The translations under genes were made by a program, and so were the position numbers. A stretch of DNA of 64,000 bases from an uncultured Actinomycetota bacterium (GTDB lineage: Bacteria > Actinomycetota > Actinomycetes > Streptosporangiales > Streptosporangiaceae). The stretch spans positions 22,574 through 86,573 of the forward strand of contig CAWIIX010000027.1 in assembly GCA_963836195.1 (NCBI GenBank), read 5' to 3'. The notes under the pieces were generated by a model. It searched no databases and was not told the origin of the DNA. It worked only from the letters and a program-made list of their open reading frames with translations. This document shows positions 8,038-18,289 of this stretch, one piece after another (the stretch's first letter is position 1; every line of letters starts with the position of its first letter).

Positions 8038-10096
8038 ACGGGCCAGGGCCGGGCGGCCCGTGCCCCGGCCTCCGGGGCGGCCCGTGCCCCGGCCTCCCAG
8101 GCGGACCCAGAGGATGATGTCCGAAAGGCGGATGCGGCGGGAAATGCCCGCCCGGCAGGCCCGAGCCGACGGGCTCCTGGCGAGCGAACTGGGTGCGGTA
8201 CAGGTCTGCGTACAGCCCCTCAGCCGCGAGCAGCTCGTCGTGCTGGCCACGCTCGCGGACCCGGCCCTCGTCGATGACCAGGATCTGGTCGGCCTCACGG
8301 ATGGTAGACAACCGGTGGGCGATGACCAGCGAGGTGCGGCCGGTTAGGGCCGTCTTGAGCGCTTGCTGGACAGCGGCCTCCGACTCGGAGTCCAGGTGCG
8401 CGGTGGCCTCGTCGAGCACCACGATGGCGGGTGCCTTCAGCAGCAGCCGGGCCAGGGCGACGCGCTGCTTCTCGCCGCCGGACAACCGGTATCCGCGGTC
8501 GCCCACGATGGTGTCCAAGCCGTCGGGCAGCGTTGAGACCAGATCCCAGATCTGCGCCGCCTGGCACGCCTCGATCAGCTCCTCCTCGGTGGCCCCGCGC
8601 CGGGCATACGTGAGATTGGCCCGGATCGTGTCGTGGAACAGGTGCGCGTCCTGGGTGACCACGCCGACCACGTCGTGCAGCGACCGCTGAGTCACGTCCC
8701 TGATGTCGAACCCGCCGATGCGCACCGTGCCCTCGTCGGGGTCATACAGCCGCGACATCAGGTGAGTGATCGTCGTCTTACCCGCACCCGAGGGCCCGAC
8801 CAGAGCGGTCAGCTTTCTGGCGGGCGCGATGAAGCTCACGTCGTGCAGCACGCGCAGCCGCGCATCCGTGCGCTCGGCCACTGGCAAGGCAATGGACTCC
8901 AGCGACGCGAGCGATACCTCGGACGCGGCCGGGTAGCGGAACGAGACATGGTCGAAGACGATCTCCGCTGTTCGCGGTACTGCGCCAGCTGACCCGCTAG
9001 CCTGTTCCGCAAGCACGAGCGGTGCTGCGCCCGGACGGTCCTCGATCAGCGGCTTCAGGTCGAGCACCTCGAACACCCGGTCGAAACTGACCAGCGCGGT
9101 CATCAGGTTGACCTGGACGTTGGACAGCGCGGTGATCGGCCCGTACAGCCTGTTCAGCAGCAGAGCCAGGGAAACAAGCGTGCCGACCTGGAAGGCGCCG
9201 CGCACCACGAGGTCGCCGCCTACCCCGTAGACGACCGCGAGGGACAGCGACGCGAGCAGCGTCAGCGCGATGAACAGCGTGCTGCCGATCATGGCCTGGA
9301 CCACGCCGATGTCCCTGACCTTGGCCGCCTGCCCGGCGAACAAGCCAGACTCCTGCGACGGTTCGCCGAAAAGCTTCGCCAGCATGGCGCCTGCGACATT
9401 GAATCGCTCGGTCATTGTCGACCCCAGCACCGCGTTGAGCTGCATCGACTCCCTGCTTAGCCGCTGCAGCCTGCGCCCGACTAGGCGGGCCGGGATGATG
9501 AACATCGGTATCAGCGCCAGCGCGATGGCCGTGACCAGCCAAGAGAAGTAGAGCATCGTGACCAGCACCAGAATCAGCTGGAGGGTACTGGACACCGTTG
9601 ATACCAGCGTCGTGGTCAGCACCTCCTGCGCGCCGATCACGTCGGTGTTCAGCCTGCTGACTAGAGAGCCCGTCTGCGCCCGGGTGAAGAACGCGATCGG
9701 CTGCAGTTGCACGTGGGCGAATACCTGCGTGCGCAGGTCGTAGATCAGGCCCTGACCGACCCGCGCGGTGTACCAGCGCTGGACGAAGTTGAGGAGCGCG
9801 TCGAAGATGGCCAGTCCAGCGACCACCGCGGCGACCACGATCACGACATCGACCCGCCTCGGCAGGACGCCGCGGTCGATCACCCACCCGAGCAGCACCG
9901 GGATCGCCACCGTGATCACCGCGTCCAGCGCGGCAGCCAGCAGAAAGGTGGCCAGATCCCAGCGGTAGGGCCGAGCGTATCCCCCGATCCGGCGGACGGT
10001 TCCCGGCTTCAGCTGCTGCTTGGTCACCGACTCATCGGCGCTGAATCCGCGCAGCATGTGGAGTGGGCCGGGGCCGGGGCCGGGGCCAGGTTGCAT
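8024..10096 (-). CDS. ABC exporter (fused TMD-NBD, MsbA/MdlB-like)
   Basis: Six TM helices, GPSGAGKTT, LSGGEKQR, LDEATAHLD, IAHRLST; Pro/Gly/His-rich termini. Confidence 0.93.
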   Translation of the reverse strand: MQPGPGPGPGPLHMLRGFSADESVTKQQLKPGTVRRIGGYARPYRWDLATFLLAAALDAVITVAIPVLLGWVIDRGVLPRRVDVVIVVAAVVAGLAIFDALLNFVQRWYTARVGQGLIYDLRTQVFAHVQLQPIAFFTRAQTGSLVSRLNTDVIGAQEVLTTTLVSTVSSTLQLILVLVTMLYFSWLVTAIALALIPMFIIPARLVGRRLQRLSRESMQLNAVLGSTMTERFNVAGAMLAKLFGEPSQESGLFAGQAAKVRDIGVVQAMIGSTLFIALTLLASLSLAVVYGVGGDLVVRGAFQVGTLVSLALLLNRLYGPITALSNVQVNLMTALVSFDRVFEVLDLKPLIEDRPGAAPLVLAEQASGSAGAVPRTAEIVFDHVSFRYPAASEVSLASLESIALPVAERTDARLRVLHDVSFIAPARKLTALVGPSGAGKTTITHLMSRLYDPDEGTVRIGGFDIRDVTQRSLHDVVGVVTQDAHLFHDTIRANLTYARRGATEEELIEACQAAQIWDLVSTLPDGLDTIVGDRGYRLSGGEKQRVALARLLLKAPAIVVLDEATAHLDSESEAAVQQALKTALTGRTSLVIAHRLSTIREADQILVIDEGRVRERGQHDELLAAEGLYADLYRTQFARQEPVGSGLPGGHFPPHPPFGHHPLGPPGRPGHGPPRRPGHGPPGPGPFNTP

Positions 10097-10268
10097 AGCG
10101 GCGGGAACCTCCTGACGACTGGCGTTTTTCCGCGTCAGTACGTAGTGAACCTGCGCGGCATGGTCACGAGCCGAATCTCATTTGCGGCCAGTCCCCCTGC
10201 TCCCGGCGTTCCGCCGCCTGTTGCTCAGTCACCCGGTGACCTGCCGAAGCGGCCACTCCCAGACCAGA

Positions 10269-10400
10269 ACACATCAAAAGACGTGGGTCGAAGACCCAGG
10301 CCCGCAATCCTGCTGGCGGCATTTGGCGCTCCGCACAATTCTCACGATATGACCGCGATATATCGACAGCTTACGACGCTATTATCAGGTAGACAAGATA
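10269..10400 (-). promoter_or_regulatory. Duplicated promoter/operator cassette, copy 1 (upstream of ABC exporter)
   Basis: Minus strand TTGTCT (10391-10396), 17 bp, TAAGCT (10368-10373); palindrome CGATATATCG at 10356-10365; near-identical to 11161-11293. Confidence 0.75.
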
Positions 10401-10496
10401 TACTTTGTCCGCTATCCGGCGTTCCCTGCGACGGAGGAACTGTCGGCCCGTCGTGGGGATAAGGGCGGTCAGGGCGCCGGGATTGCGTCTGATGTT

Positions 10497-11033
10497 CTAC
10501 CGCTTGTCCTCCTCGCCGCTCATGTCATCGGCCAGGATCAGGTATAGCCTCCGCCGGGTCTGCTCCAGCAGCCGTTCCGCAGCGTTGATCTGCTCGGGCG
10601 TGCCGACCTGGGCTACCTGGACGATGCCGCCGCCGAGCCTGGCGGCCACCGCGAACAGGCCAGGCGGCTGCCAGGCCTCCTGCTGGTCTATCGACTCCCA
10701 CGCGCCGCGAGCCATCCCGGGGTTCTGCTCCACATAGGCGCGGCCCGCGTCGGTAAGGCTGAACGTGCGCCGACCGCCGGATTCCTCAGCTGCGATCAGG
10801 CCCTCCCTGGCGAGTTGCGACAGGGCCGGGTAGATCGCGCCAGGGCTGGGCCGCCAGGCGCCACCGCTGCGCTCGTCAATCTCGGAGATGACCTGGTAAC
10901 CGTTGCGGGAGCCTTCCACCAGCAATGCAAGGATCGCCGCGCGCACGTCTCCCTTCAGGCGCCGCATCGGGCTGGGCTGCCCTGCCCACCAGCCACCCGG
11001 TGATCTGCCGAAGCCACCGCTCCCATGCCTCAA
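10497..11033 (-). CDS. PadR-family transcriptional regulator
   Basis: GDVRAAILALL..GSRNGYQVISEI..RSGGAWRPSPGAIYPAL; C-terminal RRRLYLILA. Confidence 0.92.
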   Translation of the reverse strand: MRHGSGGFGRSPGGWWAGQPSPMRRLKGDVRAAILALLVEGSRNGYQVISEIDERSGGAWRPSPGAIYPALSQLAREGLIAAEESGGRRTFSLTDAGRAYVEQNPGMARGAWESIDQQEAWQPPGLFAVAARLGGGIVQVAQVGTPEQINAAERLLEQTRRRLYLILADDMSGEEDKR

Positions 11034-11160
11034 TGCCCCGGGCCTCTCGGTCCGCCGAGGCTCGGGTCCCGCAGCCCGCCGCGCGTGCCCGGGCCATGGC
11101 CGACCCGCATCCCAACGACGGTGCCGCGCGCCTGGTTGAGCCGGCTGCTCAGGTGACTGG

Positions 11161-11293
11161 ACACATCAAACCAACGCGGGTCGAAGACCCAGGCCCGGAA
11201 TCCTGCTGGCGGCATTTGGCGCTCCGCACAATTCTCACGATATGACCGCGATATATCGACAGCTTACGACGCTCTTATCAGGTAGACAAGATA
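11161..11293 (-). promoter_or_regulatory. Duplicated promoter/operator cassette, copy 2 (upstream of padR)
   Basis: Same TTGTCT-N17-TAAGCT; CGATATATCG at 11249-11258; GGGTC-GAA-GACCC hairpin. Confidence 0.75.
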
Positions 11294-11447
11294 AAGTTCC
11301 GCCCGGTATCCGGCGTCCGGCGTCCGGGTCATCGACTCCACCTCGCCGACCTGATTAGGCCACCTAATGGCACCTAATGGCCTCACCAGTAACCCCTAGC
11401 TCAGGGCTCACACGGCGCGTCGACTCGGGTGACCTTGGGCTGGCGGC

Positions 11448-11758
11448 GTGCGGCCCTTCGTGGGGAACGTACCCGTCGCTAACGTGCACATCGCCGCGCA
11501 GTTGCCTGCGATCATGTCGTCGATCGAGCGCGTCAGCCGGGAAGCACTCGCCGCGGTCCGCAGGACCGGACCCGACAAGGCCACAGTGGAGCTCGGGTTC
11601 GGGCTGGCGATCGAGGCGGGCCAGGTCATCGCCCTGTTCGGCAAGGCACGCGGAGACGCCTCGATAAGGTCACCCTCGAGTGGTCGCGCGACAAGGCGCA
11701 GCCGCAGCCTGATGACCAGCCGGTTATCGCGCGCCAGCCAGCCGCCGCGAACGCGTGA
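11448..11758 (+). pseudogene. Trypco1 (CU044_2847-like) trypsin co-occurring domain protein, frameshifted
   Basis: PDKATVELGFGLAIEAGQVIALFGKARGDASI, continuing in another frame as (K)VTLEWS...ANA*; frameshift at ~11668. Confidence 0.65.
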
Positions 11759-11766
11759 GGTGCGTC

Positions 11767-11900
11767 ATGACCCTCGACAGCGAAGTGCTCGACAAGCTGC
11801 GGCGCCTGCTGAAGGACACGACAGCGCTGGTGCTGGCCGACGATGAGCCATACGGCACAGCGTTCTTCATCAGTGACGAACTCCTGCTCACCTGCGCACG
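11767..11900 (+). pseudogene. Trypsin-like peptidase N-terminal fragment, truncated at the TCAH motif
   Basis: MTLDSEVLDKLRRLLKDTTALV...YGTAFFISDELLLTCA, then similarity ends; GAGGTG RBS. Confidence 0.6.
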
Positions 11901-12144
11901 AGGCCGAGCGCGAGTTCGGTGCCGGCTGACGTCCCCCTTGGTGGTCCGCCCCCTAGCCGCGTGACTCCCTTGACCTTGCGGTCGCTACCCAGAGCCGCGG
12001 ACCGGCGAGGCCGTGCCGACCGCCTTGTAAATACGGCAACCCGCGCTCGTTCGCCGGTTGCCACCAGACAGCTCCTCCTTCGAGCGGTAATCGGAAGACG
12101 GATGCAGGGACAGCCCGGGGTAGTCGGCGACCCGCCGTCAGCAG

Positions 12145-12909
12145 CTACCGGGCGACCGTGCCGCCGAGGAAGGACTCGACGAAGGCGGGGCTGGCGGCGA
12201 GTTCGGCCGGGGTTCCCTCCATCCGGACCTCGCCGCCCGCGAGGACGTAGGTCCGGTCGGAGATCGCGAGCACGGCGCGAGCGCGCTGCTCGACGACCAG
12301 CACCGTGGCCCCGCTCGCGGCCAGCCGGCGGACGTGCTCCTCGAGCAGCGTGCGGGCGATGGCCGGGGCAAGGTTGGCCGTGGGCTCGTCAAGCAGGAAG
12401 ACAGCTGGCTGGAGCATGAGGACCCGGCCCATGGCCAGCATCTTGCGCTCGCCGCCGCTCAGCTTGCCCGCCGCCCGCGACAGCATCGCGCCGAGCCGCG
12501 GGAAGACCGTCGTCACCTCGTCGATCCTGGCTCTGACCTGCCCGGACGGCAGCAGGTAGCCGCCCATCTCCAGGTTCTCCCGCACCGTCAGCGGCGCGAA
12601 CACGTCATCGACCTGCGGCACGTAACCGACCCCGGCCCTGGCGACTTCCTCCGGTGCCTTGCGGGTCACGTCCGTCTCGCCGATGACGACCGTGCCCGCG
12701 GTGACGCGCACCACGCCGACCAGGCTCTTGAGGAAGGTGGACTTACCCGAGCCGTTCGCCCCGACCAGGGAGACGACCTCGCCGGGCTCGGCCAGGACCG
12801 TGATGTTCCTGATGACCGGGTCGCCGCCGTAGCCCGCGGTCACCCCGGTCGCCCGCAGCGGCACGCCGCGGGCAGTGCGCTCAGCCGACAAGGTAAGCCT
12901 CCACGACAT
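12145..12909 (-). CDS. Branched-chain amino acid-type ABC ATP-binding protein (LivF-like)
   Basis: GANGSGKST, LSGGERKMLAMGR, LDEPTANLAP, VEQ. Confidence 0.9.
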   Translation of the reverse strand: MSWRLTLSAERTARGVPLRATGVTAGYGGDPVIRNITVLAEPGEVVSLVGANGSGKSTFLKSLVGVVRVTAGTVVIGETDVTRKAPEEVARAGVGYVPQVDDVFAPLTVRENLEMGGYLLPSGQVRARIDEVTTVFPRLGAMLSRAAGKLSGGERKMLAMGRVLMLQPAVFLLDEPTANLAPAIARTLLEEHVRRLAASGATVLVVEQRARAVLAISDRTYVLAGGEVRMEGTPAELAASPAFVESFLGGTVAR

Positions 12910-13633
12910 CGCTGCGGCGCCTCAACTCGGACATGGTGCCCTGAGCCAGGACGGCGCCCTCGGCCATGGCCACCACCGGATTGCAGAACTCGTCCATGAT
13001 GGCCAGCTCGTGCTCGACCATGAGCACGGTCAGTCCCCCGGCGGCGAGCTCGACGAGCTCGCCGCCGATCTTGCGGGCCAGGGTCGGATGCACGCCGGCC
13101 ATCGGCTCGTCGAGCAGCAGCACCCGCGGCTCGGCCATCAGCGCGCGCATGATCTCGACCATGCGGCGCTGGCCGCCGCTGAGGTCACCGGCGTAGCTGT
13201 TGGCGTGGGCTTCGAGGCCGAACCGCTCGAGCAAGGCGGTCGCCCTGGCGATCGCCGCGTCCTCGTCGCCTCGCCAGTACCTCGGTCCGGCCAGGGCACC
13301 GCGCAGCGAGTCCCCGCGGTTGCGCGGTACCGATGACAGCAGGTTCTCCATGACGGTGAGCTTCTTGAACTCGCTGGCGAGCTGGAAGGTGCGGATAAGG
13401 CCCAGCCGGGCGCGCCGGTAGGCGGGCAGGCTGGTCACGTCCTCGCCCTGGTAGCGGATCTGCCCGGCGGACACGGGAAGAGTCCCGGCGAGCATGGCCA
13501 GGAGCGTGGACTTGCCCGCGCCATTGGGGCCGATGAGTCCGGTCAGCGTCCCGCGCCGGACGGAGAGGGAGACTCCGGCCACCGCCCGCAGCCCGCCGAA
13601 CTCACGGACTACGTCCACGGCCTGCAGCACCAC
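12881..13633 (-). CDS. Branched-chain amino acid-type ABC ATP-binding protein (LivG-like)
   Basis: FGGLRAV, GPNGAGKST, LSGGQRR, DEPMAGV, VVEAYL. Confidence 0.9.
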   Translation of the reverse strand: MVLQAVDVVREFGGLRAVAGVSLSVRRGTLTGLIGPNGAGKSTLLAMLAGTLPVSAGQIRYQGEDVTSLPAYRRARLGLIRTFQLASEFKKLTVMENLLSSVPRNRGDSLRGALAGPRYWRGDEDAAIARATALLERFGLEAHANSYAGDLSGGQRRMVEIMRALMAEPRVLLLDEPMAGVHPTLARKIGGELVELAAGGLTVLMVEHELAIMDEFCNPVVAMAEGAVLAQGTMSELRRRSDVVEAYLVG

Positions 13634-13732
13634 CTCGCGGTCAGGCGGTGCCTGCTGCGCCCGGCGCCCGCGGCGCCGGCGCGACGCAATAGAGCGCCGG
13701 CCGGGGGCACGGCGGCGACGGACGGCAAGGTG

Positions 13733-14815
13733 TCAGTCGACGGAACGGCAGCGTCGGGCGGCGGCGCGGCAGGACGCGGAACGGCGGGGGCGGTGGCCGC
13801 TTCCGCTTGGTCCGTACCGCCGGGTGCGGCGGGTACCGGGGCCGACGGCCAGGCGGAGCGGCTCAGCCCGGATCACCCGCTTGCGCTCAGGCAGGATGCC
13901 CTGCGGCCGCGCCCAGAGAAAGATCACGATGAGCAGGCCGATCGCCACCCACTGAAGTGAGGGGATCAGGTTCGGTGGCAGGCTGTTGGAGGTGGGGATG
14001 TAGCGCGTGACCTCCTCGAAGCCGACCGGGACGAGGATCGCCCCGAGGATCGCGCCGCGATGGTTGCCGGCCCCGCCGATGATGACCGCCGCGAAGAGGA
14101 CGACGGTCTCGGCGTAGCCCCAGGCGGCCGGCGACCACGTGGTGATGTAGGAGACCAGGATGCCGCCGGACAGGCCGGCGATGGCCCCGCCTGCTACGAG
14201 CATCGCCGTCCGGAGCGAGAGCAGGTTCTTGCCGAGGGAGTCGGCGACGATATCGTTGTCCCGCATGGCGCGCAGGCTGCGGCCGTAGGGTGACTCGGTG
14301 ATCCGGCGGACGAGCAGGTAGACGACCGCGCACAGGACTATCGCGACCGCGGCGAGCGCCCACTCGTAGCCGGCCGACTGCGGGTTGTACTCCCCCTGGA
14401 GCGGTTGCGGGATCAGCGAGAGCCCGGCGTCCCCGTTGAGCAGCGGGCGGTAGTTGGTCGCCAGGAGGTTCAGCAGCACCGCGGTGACCAGCAGGCCCAC
14501 GGCGGCGAAGTCGCCGCGGAGCCGGCGCCCGACGAGGAACGTGAACGGCAGCGCGATAAGCCCGCCGACGACCGCCGCGCCGATCCACGGGACCGGGAAC
14601 GGCAGGTTCCAGCCGCCGATGTAGGACTGGAATCCGCCGTTGGCCGAGTCCGACGGCGAGGCGAGGATGGCGGCCGTGTAGCCGCCCGCGGCCTGGAAGA
14701 TGATGAAGCCGAAGTTGGTGACGCCGGCCACGCCGAACTGCTGGCTCAGGCCGAGGCAGGCCATGGCGTCGACGGCAGCGTAGATGAGCAGGTTGATGAC
14801 GTAGTAGGAGTTCAT
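13733..14815 (-). CDS. LivM-like ABC permease (3-prime end uncertain)
   Basis: MNSYYVINLL..., RLRGDF, SPYGRSLRAMRDN, RPQGILPE. Confidence 0.85.
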   Translation of the reverse strand: MNSYYVINLLIYAAVDAMACLGLSQQFGVAGVTNFGFIIFQAAGGYTAAILASPSDSANGGFQSYIGGWNLPFPVPWIGAAVVGGLIALPFTFLVGRRLRGDFAAVGLLVTAVLLNLLATNYRPLLNGDAGLSLIPQPLQGEYNPQSAGYEWALAAVAIVLCAVVYLLVRRITESPYGRSLRAMRDNDIVADSLGKNLLSLRTAMLVAGGAIAGLSGGILVSYITTWSPAAWGYAETVVLFAAVIIGGAGNHRGAILGAILVPVGFEEVTRYIPTSNSLPPNLIPSLQWVAIGLLIVIFLWARPQGILPERKRVIRAEPLRLAVGPGTRRTRRYGPSGSGHRPRRSASCRAAARRCRSVD

Positions 14816-15682
14816 GCGGCCGCCTTCCCGAGCAGCCCGGCGGGTCGCACGCCGAGCACGACGAGCAGCGCCGCGAACGCGATCACGTACTTGTAGGAGG
14901 GCGTGATGTACGCCGCGCTGACCTCCGTGGCCAGGCCGATGATGACGGCGCCGAGCATGGCGCCGTAGGCCTGACCCGGGCCGCCGAGGAAGGTGGCCGC
15001 CAGGATCAGCACGAGGAAGAGGTCGGTGCTCGTCGCGCTGAAGCTGCCCGCGTCCATCGCGAAGACCACGCCTGCCAGGCCGCACAGCGCCCCGGTGATC
15101 GCCCAGGTGGCGGTGATCACCCGTCCGGTCCTGATGCCGCAGTTGCGGGCCAGCGTCCGGTTGGCGGCCGTCGCGCGCATCGCCTTCCCGAGCCTGGTGT
15201 AGCGGAGCAGCACGTGCGTTCCCGCCATGACGAGCAGGGACAGCCCGATCACCACGAACTGCACCGCGGTCAGCGTGAATCCGTCCGCGCTGACCGACGG
15301 TCCCTGGCTCATCGTGTACGAGACGCTGGTCCCGCCCGCCAGGGCCTGGACGCCGAACTCGATGATGAGGGTCATCCCGAGGGAGACGATCACCATCGTG
15401 ATCGGCGCGGCTGCCGCGCCGCTGGAAGGGCGCGTAAACGAACGCGTTGAGCAGCACTGACCCGGCAGCGCAGGCCGCCACCGCGACCACCAGGCCGATC
15501 CAGACGTTCACGCCGTGGGAGTTGAGCAGGTAGGCGAGGAACGCCCCCGCGATCATGACCGCCCCGTACGCCAGGTTCAGCACGTCGGTCACGGCGAACT
15601 GGAGCGTGAAGCCGACGGCCGCTATCGCCAGGACGGACGCGGTGACCAGCCCGAAGCCCACCGAGGCGAGGAAGATGGTCAT
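14812..15682 (-). CDS. LivH-like ABC permease, frameshift at ~15410
   Basis: N-half AVGFTLQFAVTDVLNLAYG in one frame; C-half TRLGKAMRATA...RPAGLLG in another. Confidence 0.8.
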
Positions 15683-17072
15683 CCGGACAGGGCCCGGAGC
15701 TGCGCGGCGCTCAGGTTGCCGACGACGTTCACCTGGCCGTTGGCGCTGTAGGTGTCGATCTGGAAGATGCCGGTCGAGTCGTGGTAGCTGTCGAAGCTGG
15801 TCGGGCCGCCCGGTCCCTCGTACCTGATGGCCTTGCCCGCGGCGAGCAGGCTGGCGCAGGACGCGAAGGAGTAGCAGACCGTCGCGCCGGGCGTGCCATC
15901 GCCGATCGCGAGGATGTCCGGCCCGTACACGCTCGGGTTGGTGGACTTGGACATGACCATCGCGAGCGCGGCCAGGTTGATCCCGTCATACAGGTGGACC
16001 CCGCCGGGCGCGCTCAGGTAGGTGGTGAAGTCGCCGGTGGCACCGGGGACCTTCCCCTGCTGGGCGAGGAGCGCGGCGGAGAACGCCTGGAACGCGGGGC
16101 CGCTGGTCTCGGTCACCAGGTTGTCGGCGTGGAAGTCGGACGCGAACGTGCTCGCGCCGACCGCCGCCGCCGCGGACTTGAAGAACGCGGGCGAGATGGC
16201 CGCCGACGTCCCGATGACGGGGATCATCTTGCCGCCGTTGAGCTGCTCGATCTCGGAGAACAGGGTCGGGTCGGCCGACCCGAGCGCCTCGGTCATGATC
16301 GCGTCCGGGTGGGACTGGACGATGGCTTCCGCCTCCGTACGGAACGTCGTGGCGGTCAAGTCGAGCGTCTGGTCGGTGGTGAGCGTCATCCCGGCCTTCT
16401 TCAGCGCCGCGATGGCGGGCTGGATGAAGGTCTGCGAGCCGATGTCGTTGCCGAAGGCGAGGGCGATCTTGGTGTAGTGGAGTTGCTGCGCGATGGCCAC
16501 CATCGCGTAGGACTCCTCCAGGTCAGGCGGGACCAGGCGGTAGAAGTAGGGGAAGTGCACGCTGTCGAACTCGGACTGCCCGGTCATGCAGAACATCGTC
16601 ATCTTGCGCGCGTTGATGATCGGCACCACGGCGGCCGCCTCGTCCGACGTGCAGCCGATGACCAGCGCCAGGTTGGAGGTCGAGGCGAACATCTGGTTGA
16701 CCGCAGGCACGGCGTCGGCGGGGTCGCCCCGGGTGTCGACGCTCTTGCAGGTGAGCGGGTGCCCGTCTACTCCCCCGGCGGCATTGATGGCCGCGGTCGC
16801 GCCGTAGCAGGAGGCTAGGTAGGTGGGGCCGAGCGAGGCGTCGGGGCCGCTGAACGGAGCGACGTCGGCGACGGTGAGCGGCGATCCGGTCGGCTGGCCG
16901 GCGGCGGCGGCACTGGCTGCGGGCGCCGTGCTGAGGTGCTGGCGGCAGGAGCGCTGGTGCTGCCCGACGAGGAGCTGCAGGCGGTCAGCGCGGCGAGCGC
17001 CGCGGCGGGGATGACGGCGGCGAGGATCCAGGCGCGGCGTCTGCGCCCGGTCGCGGGGCTGGTGAACTTCAT
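15679..17072 (-). CDS. Liv-type (Peripla_BP_6) substrate-binding lipoprotein, frameshift at ~16935
   Basis: Signal peptide and lipobox LTAC (ORF 16815..17072) joins INAAGGVDG...DTRGDP...YEGPGGPTSFD. Confidence 0.8.
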
Positions 17073-17126
17073 TGTCCCTCCACAAGTGCGTTCTGGGGTG
17101 GGCTGGGGGTGAGCCGCGGCGGGCGC

Positions 17127-18033
17127 TCAGAGGCCGGGCTTGGCGGTGACGGTGGGATGCCACCGCCAGCCGGCCTGGTCGCCTGGCTCGGCGACCACGT
17201 GGTTGCGGATGGTGCCGAGGCCCTCGATCGTGACCTCGATGACGTCGCCGGGGGTGAGCCAGACCGGGGGCTGGCGCGCGAAGCCGACGCCGCCGGGCGT
17301 GCCGGTGGCGATGACATCCCCGGGAGCCAGCCGGGTGAAGGAGGAGAAGAACTCGACGGCGCTGCGGGATGTCGACGATCATCTGCGAGGTGCGGGCCGA
17401 CTGCATGACCCGGCCGTTCAGGACGGTGGTGAGCAGCGCGTCGGTCATGTTCGCCTCGTCGGTGGTGACCACCTCGGGGCCGATGGGCATGCTGCCCTCG
17501 AAGTTCTTGCCCGCTGTCCACTGCGTGGCCGCTCGCTGCCAGTCCCGCGCGGTCGCGTCGTTGAGCACCACAAAGCCGGCGATGGCATCCAGGGCCTTGT
17601 CGGCCGGGATGTACCGGCCGCCGGCGCCGATGACGATGCCGAGCTCCCCCTCGTAGTCGAACCGCTCGGTGAGTGCGGGCTTGACCAGGTCCGCGTACGG
17701 GCCGAGCACGCTGTCCCGGCCGCGGACGAACGCCTCCGGCCAGGTCGGGACCGCCCGGCCGCCTTCGATCGCGTGCTCTGAGTAGTTCACGCCGAGGCAG
17801 AGGATCCGCGTCGGGGCGGGCACCGCGGGCCCTAGGTCGGCCGGGCCGTACTCGCGGCCGTCCCGGGTGGCGACGGCCCGGACCGCGTCCAGGCCCGCCG
17901 GGCCCGCTTCGAGGACGGCGGCGAGCGTGGCGAACTCCGGGTTGCCGGTCTCCGCGGCGACGTCCACGTACCCCGACTCACCGCGTACGTGCAGCCGTGG
18001 CCCTGCCTGAGTGAGTATGGTCGCGAGCCGCAC
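17127..18033 (-). CDS. Fumarylacetoacetate hydrolase-family protein, frameshift at ~17365
   Basis: [35 protein letters not shown], then [16 protein letters not shown] in the next frame; AGGAGG RBS. Confidence 0.85.
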
Positions 18034-18289
18034 GTGGCCGCCTCCTGTGATCAGGCACCCGCAATTGGGCGCCATCTTGCGTCCGATTGGTCAAAATAAC
18101 CAGATTGGTTGGAGACTAGATCGGCATCACGAGGCGGTCAATACCTCAAATATGCAGAAATGGTTCAGAGACATCACGAACTGACAGTAATTGGTAGGAT
18201 TGGTTGTTGATCCGCGCACGGGCTCCCCAGTCCGGCCCGGATGCCGCGAGGCGCGCCGGCGCGGGATGCGATAGCCTGCGCCAAGCAGG

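Noticed and set aside
10269-10350. Known riboswitch in the duplicated leader
   Set aside because: I cannot match it to any riboswitch consensus I know; kept only as a possible structured leader.
13733-15682. 649-aa LivH-LivM fusion (likewise 20018..21799 and 27600..29711)
   Set aside because: Artefacts of frameshifts or upstream in-frame extension; separate coupled starts are visible.
15679-18075. 798-aa apparent FAH-SBP fusion ORF
   Set aside because: The middle is out-of-frame Arg-rich junk; two frameshifts join two separate genes, each with its own RBS.
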